DNA of 64,000 bases, from the NCBI GenBank assembly GCA_040954595.2, contig CM082577.2, positions 14,887,903 to 14,951,902 on the forward strand, given 5' to 3'. Positions 1 through 12,449 of the stretch are shown here, in pieces (the first letter of the stretch is position 1; the number at the start of each line of letters is the position of its first letter). This DNA comes from Balanoglossus misakiensis. Lineage: Eukaryota; Animalia; Hemichordata. The translations under genes and the position numbers were made by a program. The notes beneath the pieces were generated by a model. That model was not told where the DNA came from. It searched no databases and saw only the letters and a program-made list of their open reading frames with translations.

Positions 1-1020
1 GTTTATGTTATTCTACATGTGGGTATATAGTGAATCAACGGTCGACCACACACAACTTCCATCCCACTTGTACACACAAGAGTAAAAATCTCGCCAAAAT
101 GAACAATCGTTCTCTACCATTTAATGATTTATTCATTTTGGGCGAGTTTTGAATTGGCAAGATCCGCCCATTATTAGACAAACATACAACGGAAAAGATG
201 GTCCATGCATTCATTACGTCTCAGCTTGATTATTGTAATAGTCTCCTGTATGGTATTAATAAGGCTCAGCTGGATCGCCTACAATCACTTCAAAATGCTG
301 CGGCTCGTCTCGTCTCCCGGACTCGGAAGTTCGATCACATCACACCTGTTCTCATTGATCTGCACTGGCTGCCGGTTGATGCTCGCATCAAATTAAAAAT
401 TGTGTTAACTACCTATAAAATCATTCATCGCTTTGCACCACTTTATTTAATCGATTTGCTTGAAATTTACACCCCTGTCAGAGATCTCAGATCAGCTGAC
501 TCTTTGCGGTTGGTGCCACCTCGTGGAAACTTTAATAAGGCATATGGGCAGAGAGCATTCTCTGTTTGTGCACCTGCTCTGTGGAATTCGCTGCCACCTG
601 TGATTCGCAACGCCAGATCTGTTGACTGTTTTAAACGCCGTTTAAAAACTCATCTTTTCAATCATATTTGTGATCGAATTTTTTTAGGATCATCTTCTGT
701 ATGTTTTTTTTTTTTTTTTTTTTTAGACGGACTTTTAATTGGGAATTTTAACTGAGACTTTTTAATTTTTCTGCTGCTTTTATGATTCTTTTATCACCGT
801 CTTTTGTAACTCGCACTGAGACGTATGTGTAGTGCGTGTAAGAAATAAATATTATTATTATTATTAGTTTTTACTCTCACATCATACAAGCGGGATGGAA
901 GGCGTGTGTGGTACGTTGAACGTTGATTCACTATATATCCACATGTAGAATAACACAAATGGTATCTTGTATCAAACATAATTAATGGCAAAAGGGCAGC
1001 GAGAGAGAGACTTAGTCCCT
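1..1020. mobile_element. Fold-back (palindromic) MITE, Kolobok-like end, interrupted by a LINE; left end lies outside the window
   Basis: 1-100 is an imperfect reverse complement of ~866-960. Ends ...gagacttagtccct followed by TTAA (1021-1024). The same family recurs at 11322-12342. Confidence 0.65.
151..865 (+). mobile_element. 5'-truncated non-LTR retrotransposon (L2/Crack-like, CR1 group), C-terminal part of ORF2 plus 3' tail
   Basis: Translation IGKIRP...VHAFITSQLDYCNSLLYG...LQNAAARL...HITPVL..LHWLPV...RAFS..AP.LWNSLP...FKRRLKTHLF. AATAAA then (ATT)n tail at 844-865. Flanked by AGTTTT at 145-150 and 866-871 (probable TSD). Confidence 0.9.
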
Positions 1021-1461
1021 TTAATGAATTATCTTCAAGATATATTAATGGGGCCTTTAAGAATACCAGTAATTCACATCATTATAAATTTATGTGGACC
1101 TGCATGAAATTAAATCAAAGAGTGCACAGAACTTTAAATATCCCATGATTCATTCTGATTTGTAAACATGGAGGTTGACCACTGGTCCAAAGCAGTGCCA
1201 ATTTATCCTTTATCGTTCATCAAGTGCTCCGGGTGTATAATAATAAGGTTATTCACAGAAAGTTTTTAGAAAGCCAACCTCAAAGATACAAATCAGAGAG
1301 AATGTGTGTGTAAACTAATGTATTGTGGAGTGCTATAGATTGTCCGAAATATTGCACCTTTGGAGTGTTTTATGACCATAAATGTTTACATTGAAGCTGA
1401 TCATCATCATCATCATCATCATCGTCATCAAAATTTTTACAAAAAATGTCTTTTTTTTAAG

Positions 1462-1565
1462 GTCATGTAACTACGCTTTTTACAGCAGAAGAAAAGGAAG
1501 TGAGAAGAGTTATTCAAACCAAATTAAATGATGAAGAGAAGCTCATGAAAAAAACAAAGTTTTAA
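1462..1565 (+). other. Putative orphan terminal coding exon, possibly the C-terminal helix of a BEN-domain protein of a DNA transposon
   Basis: T-tract plus AG acceptor at 1460-1461, open frame HVTTLFTAEEKEVRRVIQTKLNDEEKLMKKTKF*, AATAAA near 1655. The BEN resemblance was judged by eye only. Confidence 0.35.
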
Positions 1566-1744
1566 AAGTAGCTTTAGCTTTCACTTGACGTAGTTTGTTA
1601 ATGTTGTTTACAATATACTGTTTATGCTTGTTCATACAATTAAGTTTTTATGGTAATAAAATAATAAATTCAAACAATGAAAACTTCTCTCTGTTAATTT
1701 TAGTAACTAACTTTCAAGTTTTGCTGTACCTATGATATCAGAAT

Positions 1745-2050
1745 CATACAGATTTCTTAAAGAATCCAATTAAAATTCCTTGAGGAAAACCATGACATTC
1801 TTAAAAGATTCTTTTAAGAATCCTATTGAAATCCTTTAGGAACCCTATTGAAAACCTAAAGGATTCTTTTAGGGTTCCTATAGGAATCCTTAAGGGACCC
1901 TTGGAGGATTCTTTTAGGACTCCTATAGGAATCATATAGGAATTCTTAAAGGATTTCTTTAAGAAAGGTGCCAAAATCTTATAAGACTATCATATTGGAA
2001 TCCTATAGGATAGTCCTATAAAACAATCCTATAGGATATTTTTGTAAGGG
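1745..2050. repeat. Array of short imperfect palindromes (AATCCTATAGGA / TCCTTAAGGA) ending in TTTTTGTAAGGG; likely right end of a CACTA/EnSpm-like element
   Basis: More than ten related tcct(a/t)(t/a)agga-type units, then a terminus whose reverse complement is CCCTTACAAAAA. No matching left end seen. Confidence 0.5.
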
Positions 2051-2789
2051 TGATTTTATTTGCATTCCCACGATGAATCTTGAAATAACTTCCATATAAT
2101 GACGCAGTCAAACAGCAATTTAATCATTTTCTGCATTCCCCAAATGCACCTTTAAATACTTCCAAACATATCAGGCCTTTATACACAATAAAGATAGCTA
2201 CCTCTTACAAATCGTTTTTTGTTCCAGCCTTTTTTTCTTCTCAGTGAATAAAGAAACATGTTGGTTATGTTTGGTGGATACTGTGTACAGATTTCCTAAA
2301 AAAAGCATTCTCAAGGGACAAACTAAAACAGTATGCAACACAAAAGCAGGCAAACAGCTTATTCTCACCAAGTACATCATTGCAGATAAAGACAGTTTGT
2401 AAGAATATACTCAACAAAGTACAAAACTGCCTCCACTTCTTTACATAAAGCTACAGTATTGATTTCCTCTGCTCTTTCCGAAGCAAATTCTATACTCTAT
2501 CTCTGCCTGTGTGCTTCTACTACAAGCTTAAATAGAAACATTTCGACTGTACGAAATAAGTATGCACAATTTCCACTGTGAGTGTGGGGTATAACCCTAG
2601 CTCTTAATCTAACAAAATGTCATGCAAAATTGTACTATAACTAATAATAGTATGCCATGCCGAAGCCTAGCTCTGTACCGTGCCTTTTTCACTTAGAGGG
2701 GCGGCGGCCTAAAAGCTTATAAAAGAACTCATGCACAGCCCAAATAGGCGGAAAATGTCATGCTGTGTACTGACTGATAATAAACTGTT

Positions 2790-3270
2790 ATTTCATCCCA
2801 GCTATGCGCTCTAAAACTGATGTGGCATTAACACCAGAGGACGTGTACTGATCTGAGTGAATCAGATCCCGTGAGGAGTACGGTGCCCAGAGTACACGTA
2901 TCCAGAGAAATGCCAATAGTTTTGTTACATCTTCGCCCGCCATATTGCAAGGTCGACCTTACTCTCCGGAAAATAGGGGACTGCATGTAGTCGAGCGAGC
3001 GGAAAGTGGTGTTGCTACCGTCGATGAGGCGAATTAAGACATAGCGCTAACAAGTAGTGTCTGTCATGACTATCACACCAAAGGCGTTATTTACGGTAAA
3101 TATAAGAAAAAAAAACAGGCTAAGTCGGCGAGGTCTGTACACGACACGTCTTCGTTACCGAGACGCCATTTGTATCTGATCGATTTTGCATACAGGTCAG
3201 GAAGCCACGCCTTACAGCCTCGTTCGCGGATGACATGTTTCATTGTAGTGATGCATATGATGTGGCGTGT
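2790..3270 (+). repeat. Interspersed repeat, copy 1 (copy 2 at 30074-30570)
   Basis: Long near-identical blocks such as ggcattaacaccagaggacgtgtactgatctgagtgaatcagatcccgtgaggagtacggtgcccagagtacacgtatccagagaaatgcc at both places, same orientation. Confidence 0.9.
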
Positions 3271-3276
3271 CAATTA

Positions 3277-3815
3277 GGGACCGTTCAGTTTTTACGGCAG
3301 GGGGGGGGGGGGGTCACTTAAATTTTGAAGTCCAAAAGGGGGGGGAGTCATCTTTTAAAAAAAAAAAAAAAAACTTTTAGGGGGGGGGGGTCACATACTT
3401 TTGCCACCGAACTTTTGCTTTTGAGTCCACAAAATTGCAGTTTCCCTTTATTTTACAAAACGCCCACCCCCTCCATTGTTTGCCACATTTCATTTATTGG
3501 CTGGTTTATCAAGTTTGAAGAGGGACACCTGCCATTTCCTTGTTTTACCAATTATAGCAACTATTGTATTGACTTGTCATTTTAATTTATTCATAGATTT
3601 CTTTATTGCAACGATATACTATTATATACTTCAATTACTTTCAGAAATGTATAATTGAGGTGTTAGGAGCCTCATTCCCTTTATTGCATACAGTGTACAT
3701 AGAATCAGGACGGTGAATGTTTTCGGTGTGTGGGGGGGGGGGGGGTCATCATATTTTTGGGCCTGTCAAAGAGGGGGGGTCATCATTTTTTGGTCCTGGG
3801 TAAAGGGGGTCGGCC
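3277..3815. mobile_element. Partial PIF/Harbinger-like MITE with G-runs
   Basis: Starts TTA|GGGACCGTTCAGTTTTTACGGCAGGGGG, with repeated gggggggtca motifs. Right TIR not found. Confidence 0.45.
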
Positions 3816-4018
3816 TGATTTTAAAGCTTCTTATAAAAGTGGTGTAATCTTTCTCCCCATCATTCGAAACTCAATATTTGACTTGGTGACAGTAGTGGCG
3901 CCAAATGGGTAATTTCTGACAAACGTGAACAGTGAACGTGAATATCATGACTGACGATATGCACTGCATTCCAAGATGTTGGTAGTCCTATATGTACATA
4001 CATCATCAGTCACGGAGA

Positions 4019-4413
4019 CAGGCCCTCCATAGACATTATGTGTAGAGCATCCAATCCCCAAGTAAAGCACGTGTTAAACACATAGTGTGACATCCAGCCT
4101 ACTAAGTACAGCCGAAAATGCTTTATAGTGGAGCATAGTTCTGTATAGTTTTACGTCTGATTCTTTCAAGCGTGACATCCAATATACACATTTTCGCCAC
4201 TAGGGGCGCCCCGCGTCCGCCATTGCCGGTTGAAAAGTTGTCGCAGGTAAGCGATTTTCTTCTCTTTATACCCAGTTGGAAACTTTTTTCGCCTTTAAGA
4301 CTATGATCAACGAACAACTATTATAACAAAGTGCCACCGTGTAAAGTTTCGATACACTAGTTGCGGTAGTTTTTTCAGAGATCTTCGCCAAAATTTGATT
4401 TACTGTGTGCATG
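4019..4413 (+). repeat. Left TIR (395 bp; degenerate similarity continues to ~4467)
   Basis: Begins CAGGCCCTCCATAGACATTATG. One mismatch noticed against the right TIR (4404). Internal repeat GTGACATCCA at 4087-4096 and 4172-4181. Confidence 0.95.
4190..4252 (+). promoter_or_regulatory. Putative TIR-encoded promoter / non-coding first exon with splice donor (mirrored at ~16032-16094 on -)
   Basis: GC-rich patch ccactaggggcgccccgcgtccgccattg (CCGCCAT is YY1-like), followed by the near-consensus donor TCGCAG|GTAAGC at 4246/4247. A plausible acceptor TTTCCAG| ends at 4834, just upstream of the ATG at 4852. Confidence 0.5.
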
Positions 4414-4851
4414 TGGGACTTTACTATACCGTGTATACAGTAACACTGCGATGGAATGCAGTCGTACCCTCGCATGCATGGGCCGATGTACGATGCACTG
4501 GAAACTGCAGTTCACTGTGTGTTTTTAACGAGTGAATTCTTCTTTAAAAAAACATTTTGGTACGTACCAATTTCAAAAATTAAATGATGGCACTGCTAGT
4601 AACCATGCATTATACCCATGTACAGCATGCAAGTTGAGCTGTGGCTACCAGTGGTTGCCAATGAGTAGAAACACATAAACAATATTTCACAAGAAAATTA
4701 AATAAATAATGTCACAAATGAGCATCGCAACCGTCTTAAGCCTGCTTAGTTTGAGAGGCATGTTGATTGATGTGATTCAAAGGTCAGTAAATCCAGTGTA
4801 ATCATACATTGATTTTTTTATTAACAATTTCCAGGATGTGTTATAGTTGAA

Positions 4852-7800
4852 ATGCCAAAGAGAAAGAGGCATGGTCTCACACTCAACAGACCAAAGCGAA
4901 GAAAGCCTGGAAGTAAGCAGAATGACCAAGGTGACACCCCAGGTTGATATAATATTCATTTAAATGTCAGGAAGGAAAAATATTCTTTAAAATTTAGCTG
5001 TTTTTACATTTGCCAATTGTGCGTTTTTCTGTATATGATGTTTTTGTTGGTTTATAACATCCAATATTGTGAATTTAATTACACTTCAACAAACTATCAG
5101 TATAAGTTGGAGGTGTTACTGGACGTAGCTCTGGCATAACTCCATAACTTTTTGCTGCCAAAATGAGGAAAAATAATTTTAGCCCTAAGTTATGGGTTTA
5201 CAGATGTCTATATTAGCAGTGAGGTACATTGAACTTTTATCATGATGTCATAAGCACAAGATGTCTGTAATAAAACCTACAAAAATACACTTGTTTAAAC
5301 TGCCTTCATTATCATTATTATTTCAGATTCTGTTCAACAAGTGCGGTTTGATGATCTATTTTCAACAGCACCTGAGTTAGGTCGGAAAACTCTTTCTTTT
5401 ACAGGTGAGTTTCTATGGTACCATTTTTTAGCTAGAAGTACCGGTATTACCTTTTAATGTACTATAGTTGACATGTCTTTTTGTAGACATCACATTGAAA
5501 CTTATTTTGACTGCAGTATTTATTAAAGCTGTATTATGGGCACCCTGATATTGATAGATTTATGAATATCCTGACATTAACAGCACATTTGGCAATAACA
5601 ACAATAAATAACTAACTGTGATTCAAATTTGAATGGTTGATACTCAAAACAATGTGAAACCAAAAGGTGCATGTAATGTAGCTGTAAATGTTAAATGTGT
5701 TCTCTTTGCTTAATTCCTGTTGAGTTCAAGCTATTCTGGGAATGTTGACAGCGTAATAAAATCATGCCAGTTTTGATATTGTAGAAATTAAAAGTTTCAT
5801 GAAAAATTACTACTATGTCTGTATTTAAAGGTTTCCATCACAGATGATCCAATTTCTGATTTTGTCAAGTAAAGTTACTACACTATACAAATTCAAGGCT
5901 TGTGTTTGTGAAGCCAGGGGTGAGTGATATTCATTTTTTTTCAATTACAGACATGTTGTCTCCTTTATATATTTTTCAGAGCCACCTGTATTTTGCAGCA
6001 CCCCAATCAAACAAAATGTGCAAGATAGACAGAACAAGAGTGCATTGCAATGTGAAGTATGCAAGGATCTGGCAGGTGACATTTCCAATCTACTTTGTGA
6101 CAATTGTGGAAAACTATATCTGGAGCTTTCACTTCAAGGCAACAACTGTCACCATTCACAATTACTATTTGAACAACTTTGTGAAAAGTGTGGAGATCTT
6201 CTGAAGAACTGTAGTTCTGATCCAAGCCATTGCCATTCCCACCTTACCTCTTCTGAGCTGTGTGAACACTGTGGTTATGCCAAAGATGTCACTTCACAAT
6301 CAGGTTTTGATGCTGTCCAAAGTAAAACAAATTCAGCCATTGAAGATACATTTTATGAACACGAAGATGAACTTGTTCGTCACTTGTTGAAAGCCATCAA
6401 CACAAAAAAGCTGAAGCCAGATAATGTGACATACTGTATTTTTTTGGACACGCTGAAAGCTATATTGTCAGATTCACTGACAGAAGTACGGTTTGACTCC
6501 AAAAGTAAACTATACTGGAAGACCTTTATGACTAAATTTGGTTCAGCACCACTAAGATTTCTCTCTGGTTGGAAACACTGTGGAAGTCTACTGAAAGGAG
6601 GCCAAAAGGGAACCTTTCCAGGATATGAAGCTGATATAGTATTTGCAATACCAGATGAAGAGAATTTAAAGGAATTTGACCCATATGGAGGTGACTGGCC
6701 AAAGCGTATTGAACCCGGCATATGTGAACCTGTTATTGACAAACTTGCACTGGTCTGCAAAGATACAAGTGTATGTATTTCTATGGATGGTAAGAAACTA
6801 GCCCCAGGTTTGACTACGGATAAGGGTGACATTGATTTACTTGGATGGGAACAAGATGGGGATACAGCAAAAAGAAGAAAACAAGACTATGAGTGTGATG
6901 TCAGCACAGTACAGAAATTGATGTGTGATATTGAAAACAATACAGGGCTGGACACAGTGTGTGAGTTAAGAAACTTGATATCAAAACTAAGTGTGAAGAA
7001 GATAGAGTCTAATGCACTACTTGATAAGAAGAAATATACACTATTAAAGCTAAAGGAGCAAACAACAACAGAATCTGGGAAGTTGAGATACAGTTTTCCC
7101 ATCAGCCTCGTCACAGCCAACATTATGGAACTTCAGGAGCTTAACAGAACTGGAGATGAACTTAGAGACAATGTTGCTAATGTGTTAACCAATGCATTAA
7201 CAACATCTTCATATCCTTCTCTAGGGTATGTTAACTTGGATGAATGCATCAATTACAAAGAGCTGCATGATATTGACTTGTTGCTCAGTACTGAAGACAC
7301 ATCTCCAATCCACAAACGTGCCAATTCAATAATTAGCCAAGGATTGAAATATGTTAAACAAAGATCTAAACCATGGTTTGAAGCCCGTAAAGGAGTGAAA
7401 GTGACAGGAAGTAAACTATATGAAGCTGTAGGTGCTGGAGGACTAAAACTTCAAAAAGAGTACATAAAGGTAGCTTGCATGGGCAAAGAACCACCTGCCT
7501 TCTCTGAAGAGACTAAAGAAGCCATGGCCTGGGGTGTGAAACATGAACAGTGTGCAATGGCTACAGTGTGTACTAAATTTCTACCAGCCTTCTTCCCATC
7601 CCTAGTTATGTTAGAAGTTGGTGGTTTCAAAACTCAAGTTGGTGATGTGGAAATTATCATCTCTCCTGATGGACATACATTTAACCCAGATGAGGTAAAG
7701 CGTGTACATGCCGTGGAGATAAAATGTCCCAAATCAGGATTGTTGCCTGTAATGATTCCAAAACGGTACTACTTGCAAGTCCAAGCTGAAATTAGAACTG

Positions 7801-10800
7801 ATGACAACATTGACTCCTGTATCTTTGCTGTGTGGACGGAAGATACAACAAGGGTATTTCTTGTGACCAAGGATGACAACATATGGGAATTAGTGGAAAA
7901 AGAATTAAATGATGTTTATGGTGAAGTTGTACCAAAATGCCCATCACGACTGTCAGAGGCAGCGAAAGCAATAACAGAGGCATTGAAGACCAACATTCCA
8001 AAACACTGTCAGGTCATTGCTGAATTCAAATCTGTTCATGCATGCCTCTCTCAAAATGGAAGTGTGATTGAACTTTCTGAAGCAATCCCATCTCCATACA
8101 TGTCAGAACTTGATGTAAGCGTATATGCCAAGAACCGTACCATGATGGAAATCAACCGACACCTACAAGAAATATTGCCAAGACTTGAGGAAATTACATG
8201 CTATTTTAAGCAACATCACCAAGTTCTCAGGAGAAAAGCTACTGAACTTTTGGCATTTGTGGGTGCTGACACTGACAGAATATGGTCACTTGACAAGGTG
8301 TACTCTGCTCCTGTGTGTTACTGTTTGAAAGGATATAGTCTGCCAATTGCAATAGTGAGGAATATTCTGGAGGAGATTTTAGATTGCTGCCATGTGAAAG
8401 GAATCCATGTTCCAGTACAGTGCTTTGATGGCCAATTTATTGGATTATTGCAGCGAGATGGTAACAACTTTCCACAGACCGTTCTCCAACTCCAAAAAGA
8501 CATCTGGGAAGAAACACGAAAATTATCAAAACAACAAATAATATCTCAATTTAAGATGCTCAATAAAGCTGATGACTCAAAGTTGGAAGACTTTTTGGCC
8601 ATTTCAGGAGGTAAAAATGGACATTCAAAGGTGCTTGAAGTGAGATGGAAACAACAGAACACTTTACCCAGAACAGCTGAGAGAAAATACTTGTCAAAAG
8701 ATGTTTCCGAAGAGATATCAAGAAATGATGTGGGCAGCAATCAAAATGAAGGAGAAGTAGCAAGTTTAGAAGAAATAGTTGCAGATCTACCTTCATCAGT
8801 GCTGCTGGAGGATGATGTACTGCAGGCAATATACGATCAAGATGGAGATGGTAACTCATATTTCATAGACAACAGTAGCGATTCCAATCCGAATAACAAT
8901 GACACAGAAGAATCTCAAGAGTCTGAAGGTATTCCCAGACCAACACTGTTCACTGATAATGATTACCAAGCACTTCTGAACCAGCTGAGTAACGTCAATG
9001 CTAGATGGCAAACATTATCAATAGGAGACTTAAACACATACTTGAAATGTATGGCTACACTGGCTACGTTGACAATTCCTGAAATCAAGTCGATACTGAA
9101 GTTCATCAGAGATTGTAAAGCAATTGATGTAAAGTTAACTGGAAGAAAATGTGAACTGCTCACCCAGTTAGGGAATATTCTCTGTCTTCAGGATGAGGTG
9201 CCATCAGAAATCAGACATACTGTCAGCCCATCAAAACTCTCTGTCCTATGTGCAAAAGTTCTTGCTGGGAAGAAGTACACAAAACAAGCACTAAATATTT
9301 CATATGCTGGTTGGATCTTTCCAAGTCGCCTTGAACAGTGGAAGAAACAAACACATATAGCACATGGTATGGTGGTACCTGAAATTGATCCCAACCATGA
9401 AATCATGTGGTTCTATTGTCCAGAGTATTCAGAGAAAAGGAACATGTTGAGTGTGAAAAAGATAGATCCACATCACTTGTTAACAAGACACCGTTCTGCC
9501 ATATGCAAGCGTGATCTTGCAAATGCCAAAAGAAGACATTTCCTTGATGTAGCAAAAACTAATGTTACTCAATTGAAACCAGGCATGATGGAAGAGCAGC
9601 TAAATATGCAAAGCACAGACTACTCCATCATAATGTTCTCCAAAGAAGTTGAGGACAAATTGACAGAAATGGGCCATCGTAGTTCAGCGGTGTGGTGTAA
9701 ACTTGTCCGGGAATGGTTTGCAGCAACAGATGAACCAGGCATTCCTGCAGTCAAAAGATGTCAAATGAAATTAAGGTATGATGCATTCTGTTTGGCTGGT
9801 ACTAATACATGTGTACTTCATTGGTGCTGCCTTTATATTAAAGGAGTATTTTGTGGGCATTCTCTACACAGTATTGCATAATGTGCCATAACAAAACAAT
9901 GGCTTCCATAAGTTCAATAGTCAATTAATCAACCAATCAAAAACATTTATATGGCGCCAATATCCAGAGAACTGTATGGGCTTAGGAGTTTTAAATCACT
10001 TTAGGGGACAACATTGTGAAAAAACACTGATAAAACATTGTGACATTGGATATAAATTACAGTGTATTGTGTGGAAATAGTTTAAGTAAATAACATAAGG
10101 ACAATGGCAATTATTTTAACATTTCAGAACTTTTTGATTTTTTTTTTGGTTCTAGGTACAGACGACATTTACTGACCATGGTAGATTGTGGCAAATTTCC
10201 ACCTCCAGGAATGTTTATATCCGGTTATCCGAAGCAATTATGGGAATCTGTATTGGCAAGCATAGATGCAGATATAATTATGTATGCCCTAGCAAAGCGA
10301 CGGTCATATAATCAACGAGCATTATCCTCACAAAACTGTGAAAGCTTGTTTTCCAGTTTAGCTACAATGCCAGGATCAAAGAATGGAGTACCAAACTGTG
10401 TTGATGTTGAAACAAATATGGCAAAATTGGCTGGTGAGACAGTTGTGAAGTCTGACCCAGAAAGGTAAAATTGTTTACTAATTGACTTCATTTTTAGACT
10501 TTTTTTAGAGAGCACAAGTAATGTTTTTATTATTCACAGGTATTTTTTTATAAATTCAGTAAAATTTGTTATTGATTGGAAAAAATAATTGAGATTGGAC
10601 ACATGTACTGGTAAACTGACCAAAAGACAGATACAGTTACAACTAAAAAATGAAATGTGCAAAAATATTGTAGATTGTTAAACAGAGAAAAAAACACATA
10701 TATATGTGGCCTTAATATTTATTCTTCTTGTTCACAGAGGTTTCCCTGTGAGACTATCCAGTGCAGCAGTATACCCACAGCAAGTTCTTGAAATTGGTGT

Positions 10801-11257
10801 TGGTCCTCTCAAGGAACCTGAAGATCCCCCAACATTTATCAAGCAAATTCACATCCAGGTACTAAGTTATACAGTAGTCATAAATTTAGATGTAGTAGAA
10901 TGCTTTTATTAAACCAATGCATAGGTTGATAAACGTGATAAATAGCTCAATACAAAAAAGAGCTAGTACATGTACCATGTGATAACTTATAAACAAGAAC
11001 TAACAAATGAACAAGGAATTGTAGATACAGCTGTCACTGGCTGTTGATCTTTCACTCAATTGTTTCTATTTTAGGATCATCTGTTTGACAGTGAAAACAG
11101 GAGGAGGACTGCCAGGCGCAAACCCATTGGTTTGTCAGACCAGCATGCGCCATCAAAGGGTGTCGTGGGTATCAGAACATATCACAAAGTTAATGAAGCA
11201 AAACTGAATCCAATTATACGCATGGGAAAGACCACTGGCAGTATGCAGGATTACTAA
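4852..11257 (+). CDS. ~1525-aa P-element-like DDE transposase with embedded YqaJ (lambda-exonuclease-like) domain and SAP-like motif
   Basis: Exons 4852-4942, 5327-5404, 5980-9775, 10156-10464, 10738-10858 and 11075-11257 are all GT-AG and phase-compatible (4578 nt, no internal stop). N-terminal NLS-like MPKRKRH..RPKRRKP. YqaJ motifs QRSKPWFEAR, TGS, MAWGVKHE, SPDG, EIKCP, YYLQVQ (~7359-7900). Putative DDE residues: SMDGKK (6786), CFDGQF (8427), DPHHL (9465), QNCESLFS (10340). SAP-like LTIPEIKSIL...LTGRKCELLTQL (~9069-9170). Confidence 0.85.
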
Positions 11258-11321
11258 TGTCTTCAATTTTGGCAAACTGTATTGCCCCCAAAACACTAAC
11301 ATTTTAAACAGCAACAGTTAA

Positions 11322-12342
11322 AGAGACAAAGTCTCTCTGTCACAGCCCTTTTTCCATTACTTATGTGCAATACAAGACACTCTTTATGTTAACCCTTTCA
11401 AGCCTGACAACCTATCACATATATTGATACTATTTAGCTATGATCCCAGAAGGCCAAAGAAGAACTTCAACATTACATTTAGGCTTATCTCTATGTCAGA
11501 CTCAATTTCACTGCATATGGATTTAGACACAAACAAATAGGGCCCCTGGCGGAAATCTCTGCAAACCTCTGGCATTGTCTTGGTATCCTGGCTTGGTCAG
11601 CTCTACCTGTTACAGACATGTAAGTTCATTGCAGAGATTTCAGCCAGGGGCACATGAACTGACAGACATCAAGGCATAAATAGACCCCATTTTTGACCCC
11701 AATTTCACTGCATATGGATTTAGACACAAATAAATAGGGCCCCTGGCGGAAATCTCTGCAAACCTCTGGCATTGTCTTGGTATCCTGGCTTGGTCAGCTC
11801 TACCTGTTACAGACATGTAAGTTCATTGCAGAGATTTCAGCCAGGGGCACATGAACTGACAGACATCAAGGCATAAATAGACCCCATTTTTGTTGGTCTG
11901 CCTGCCCCTACCTGTTAGTCTGTCATTCAATCTACAAGAAATAGTCTGACACATGGATAAACCTTCATACAATGTTGAAGATTTGCATGACTTTCTGAGA
12001 GCATAATAATATAGCTGAAATTTACCAATCGTACAGAAGTCCAAGCGAAATTCAGGCCTGAAAGGGTTAATGTATAAGTGGATATATAGTGAATCAACTT
12101 TTGACTACACACAACTTCTGTCCCGTTTGTAGGATATGAGTGTAAAAATCTCGCCAAAATGAATGAACAGTAGAGACCGATTATTCATTTTGAGGAGTTT
12201 GCTCTCTCCTGTGTATAAGTTAGATGGAAGTTGTGTGTGATCAAACGTTGATTCTCTATATATCCTTATGTACATAAAGTTTAACATAAACAGTGTCTTG
12301 TATCAAACATAATTAATGGAAAAAGGGCCGTGACAGAGACTT
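11322..12342. mobile_element. Degraded fold-back MITE (same family as 1-1020) between the 3' ends of the two transposon genes
   Basis: TTAA|AGAGACAAAGTCTCTCTGTCACAGCCCTTTTTCCATTA at left mirrors TAATGGAAAAAGGGCCGTGACAGAGACTT at right. 12075-12200 aligns with 15-150. Confidence 0.75.
11393..12066. mobile_element. piggyBac-type MITE with an internal ~197-bp tandem duplication
   Basis: TTAA|CCCTTTCAAGCCTGA ... TCAGGCCTGAAAGGG|TTAA. 11503-11697 is repeated at 11700-11892. Confidence 0.85.
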
Positions 12343-12449
12343 AAAAGTTTAACAACATGGTTGTTATCTCACAGCACATTACACGAATCAGTCTTTCACT
12401 CAGATGTGAAATAAATGATCATGTGACCTCTAAAATGTAGAAAACTATT

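Noticed and set aside
4008-4018. TIRs extending outward to include AGTCAC
   Set aside because: The intervening 5 bp are a direct repeat (GGAGA/GGAGA), not an inverted one, and similarity stops after 6 bp. A TSD in a palindromic target is the simpler reading.
4197-4210. CTCF site in the TIR (CCACTAGGGGCGC)
   Set aside because: One G short of the core consensus, so not supportable.
4123-4317. Identical 64-aa ORFs at 4123-4317 and 15967-16161
   Set aside because: They follow from the TIR symmetry; non-ATG start and no domain.
6018-9881. The 1287-aa ORF as a single-exon viral/phage recombinase gene or contamination
   Set aside because: Its start is an internal GTG, and the tail after 9775 is intron read-through. 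Canonical introns link it to five more exons, and it lies within TIRs with a TSD.
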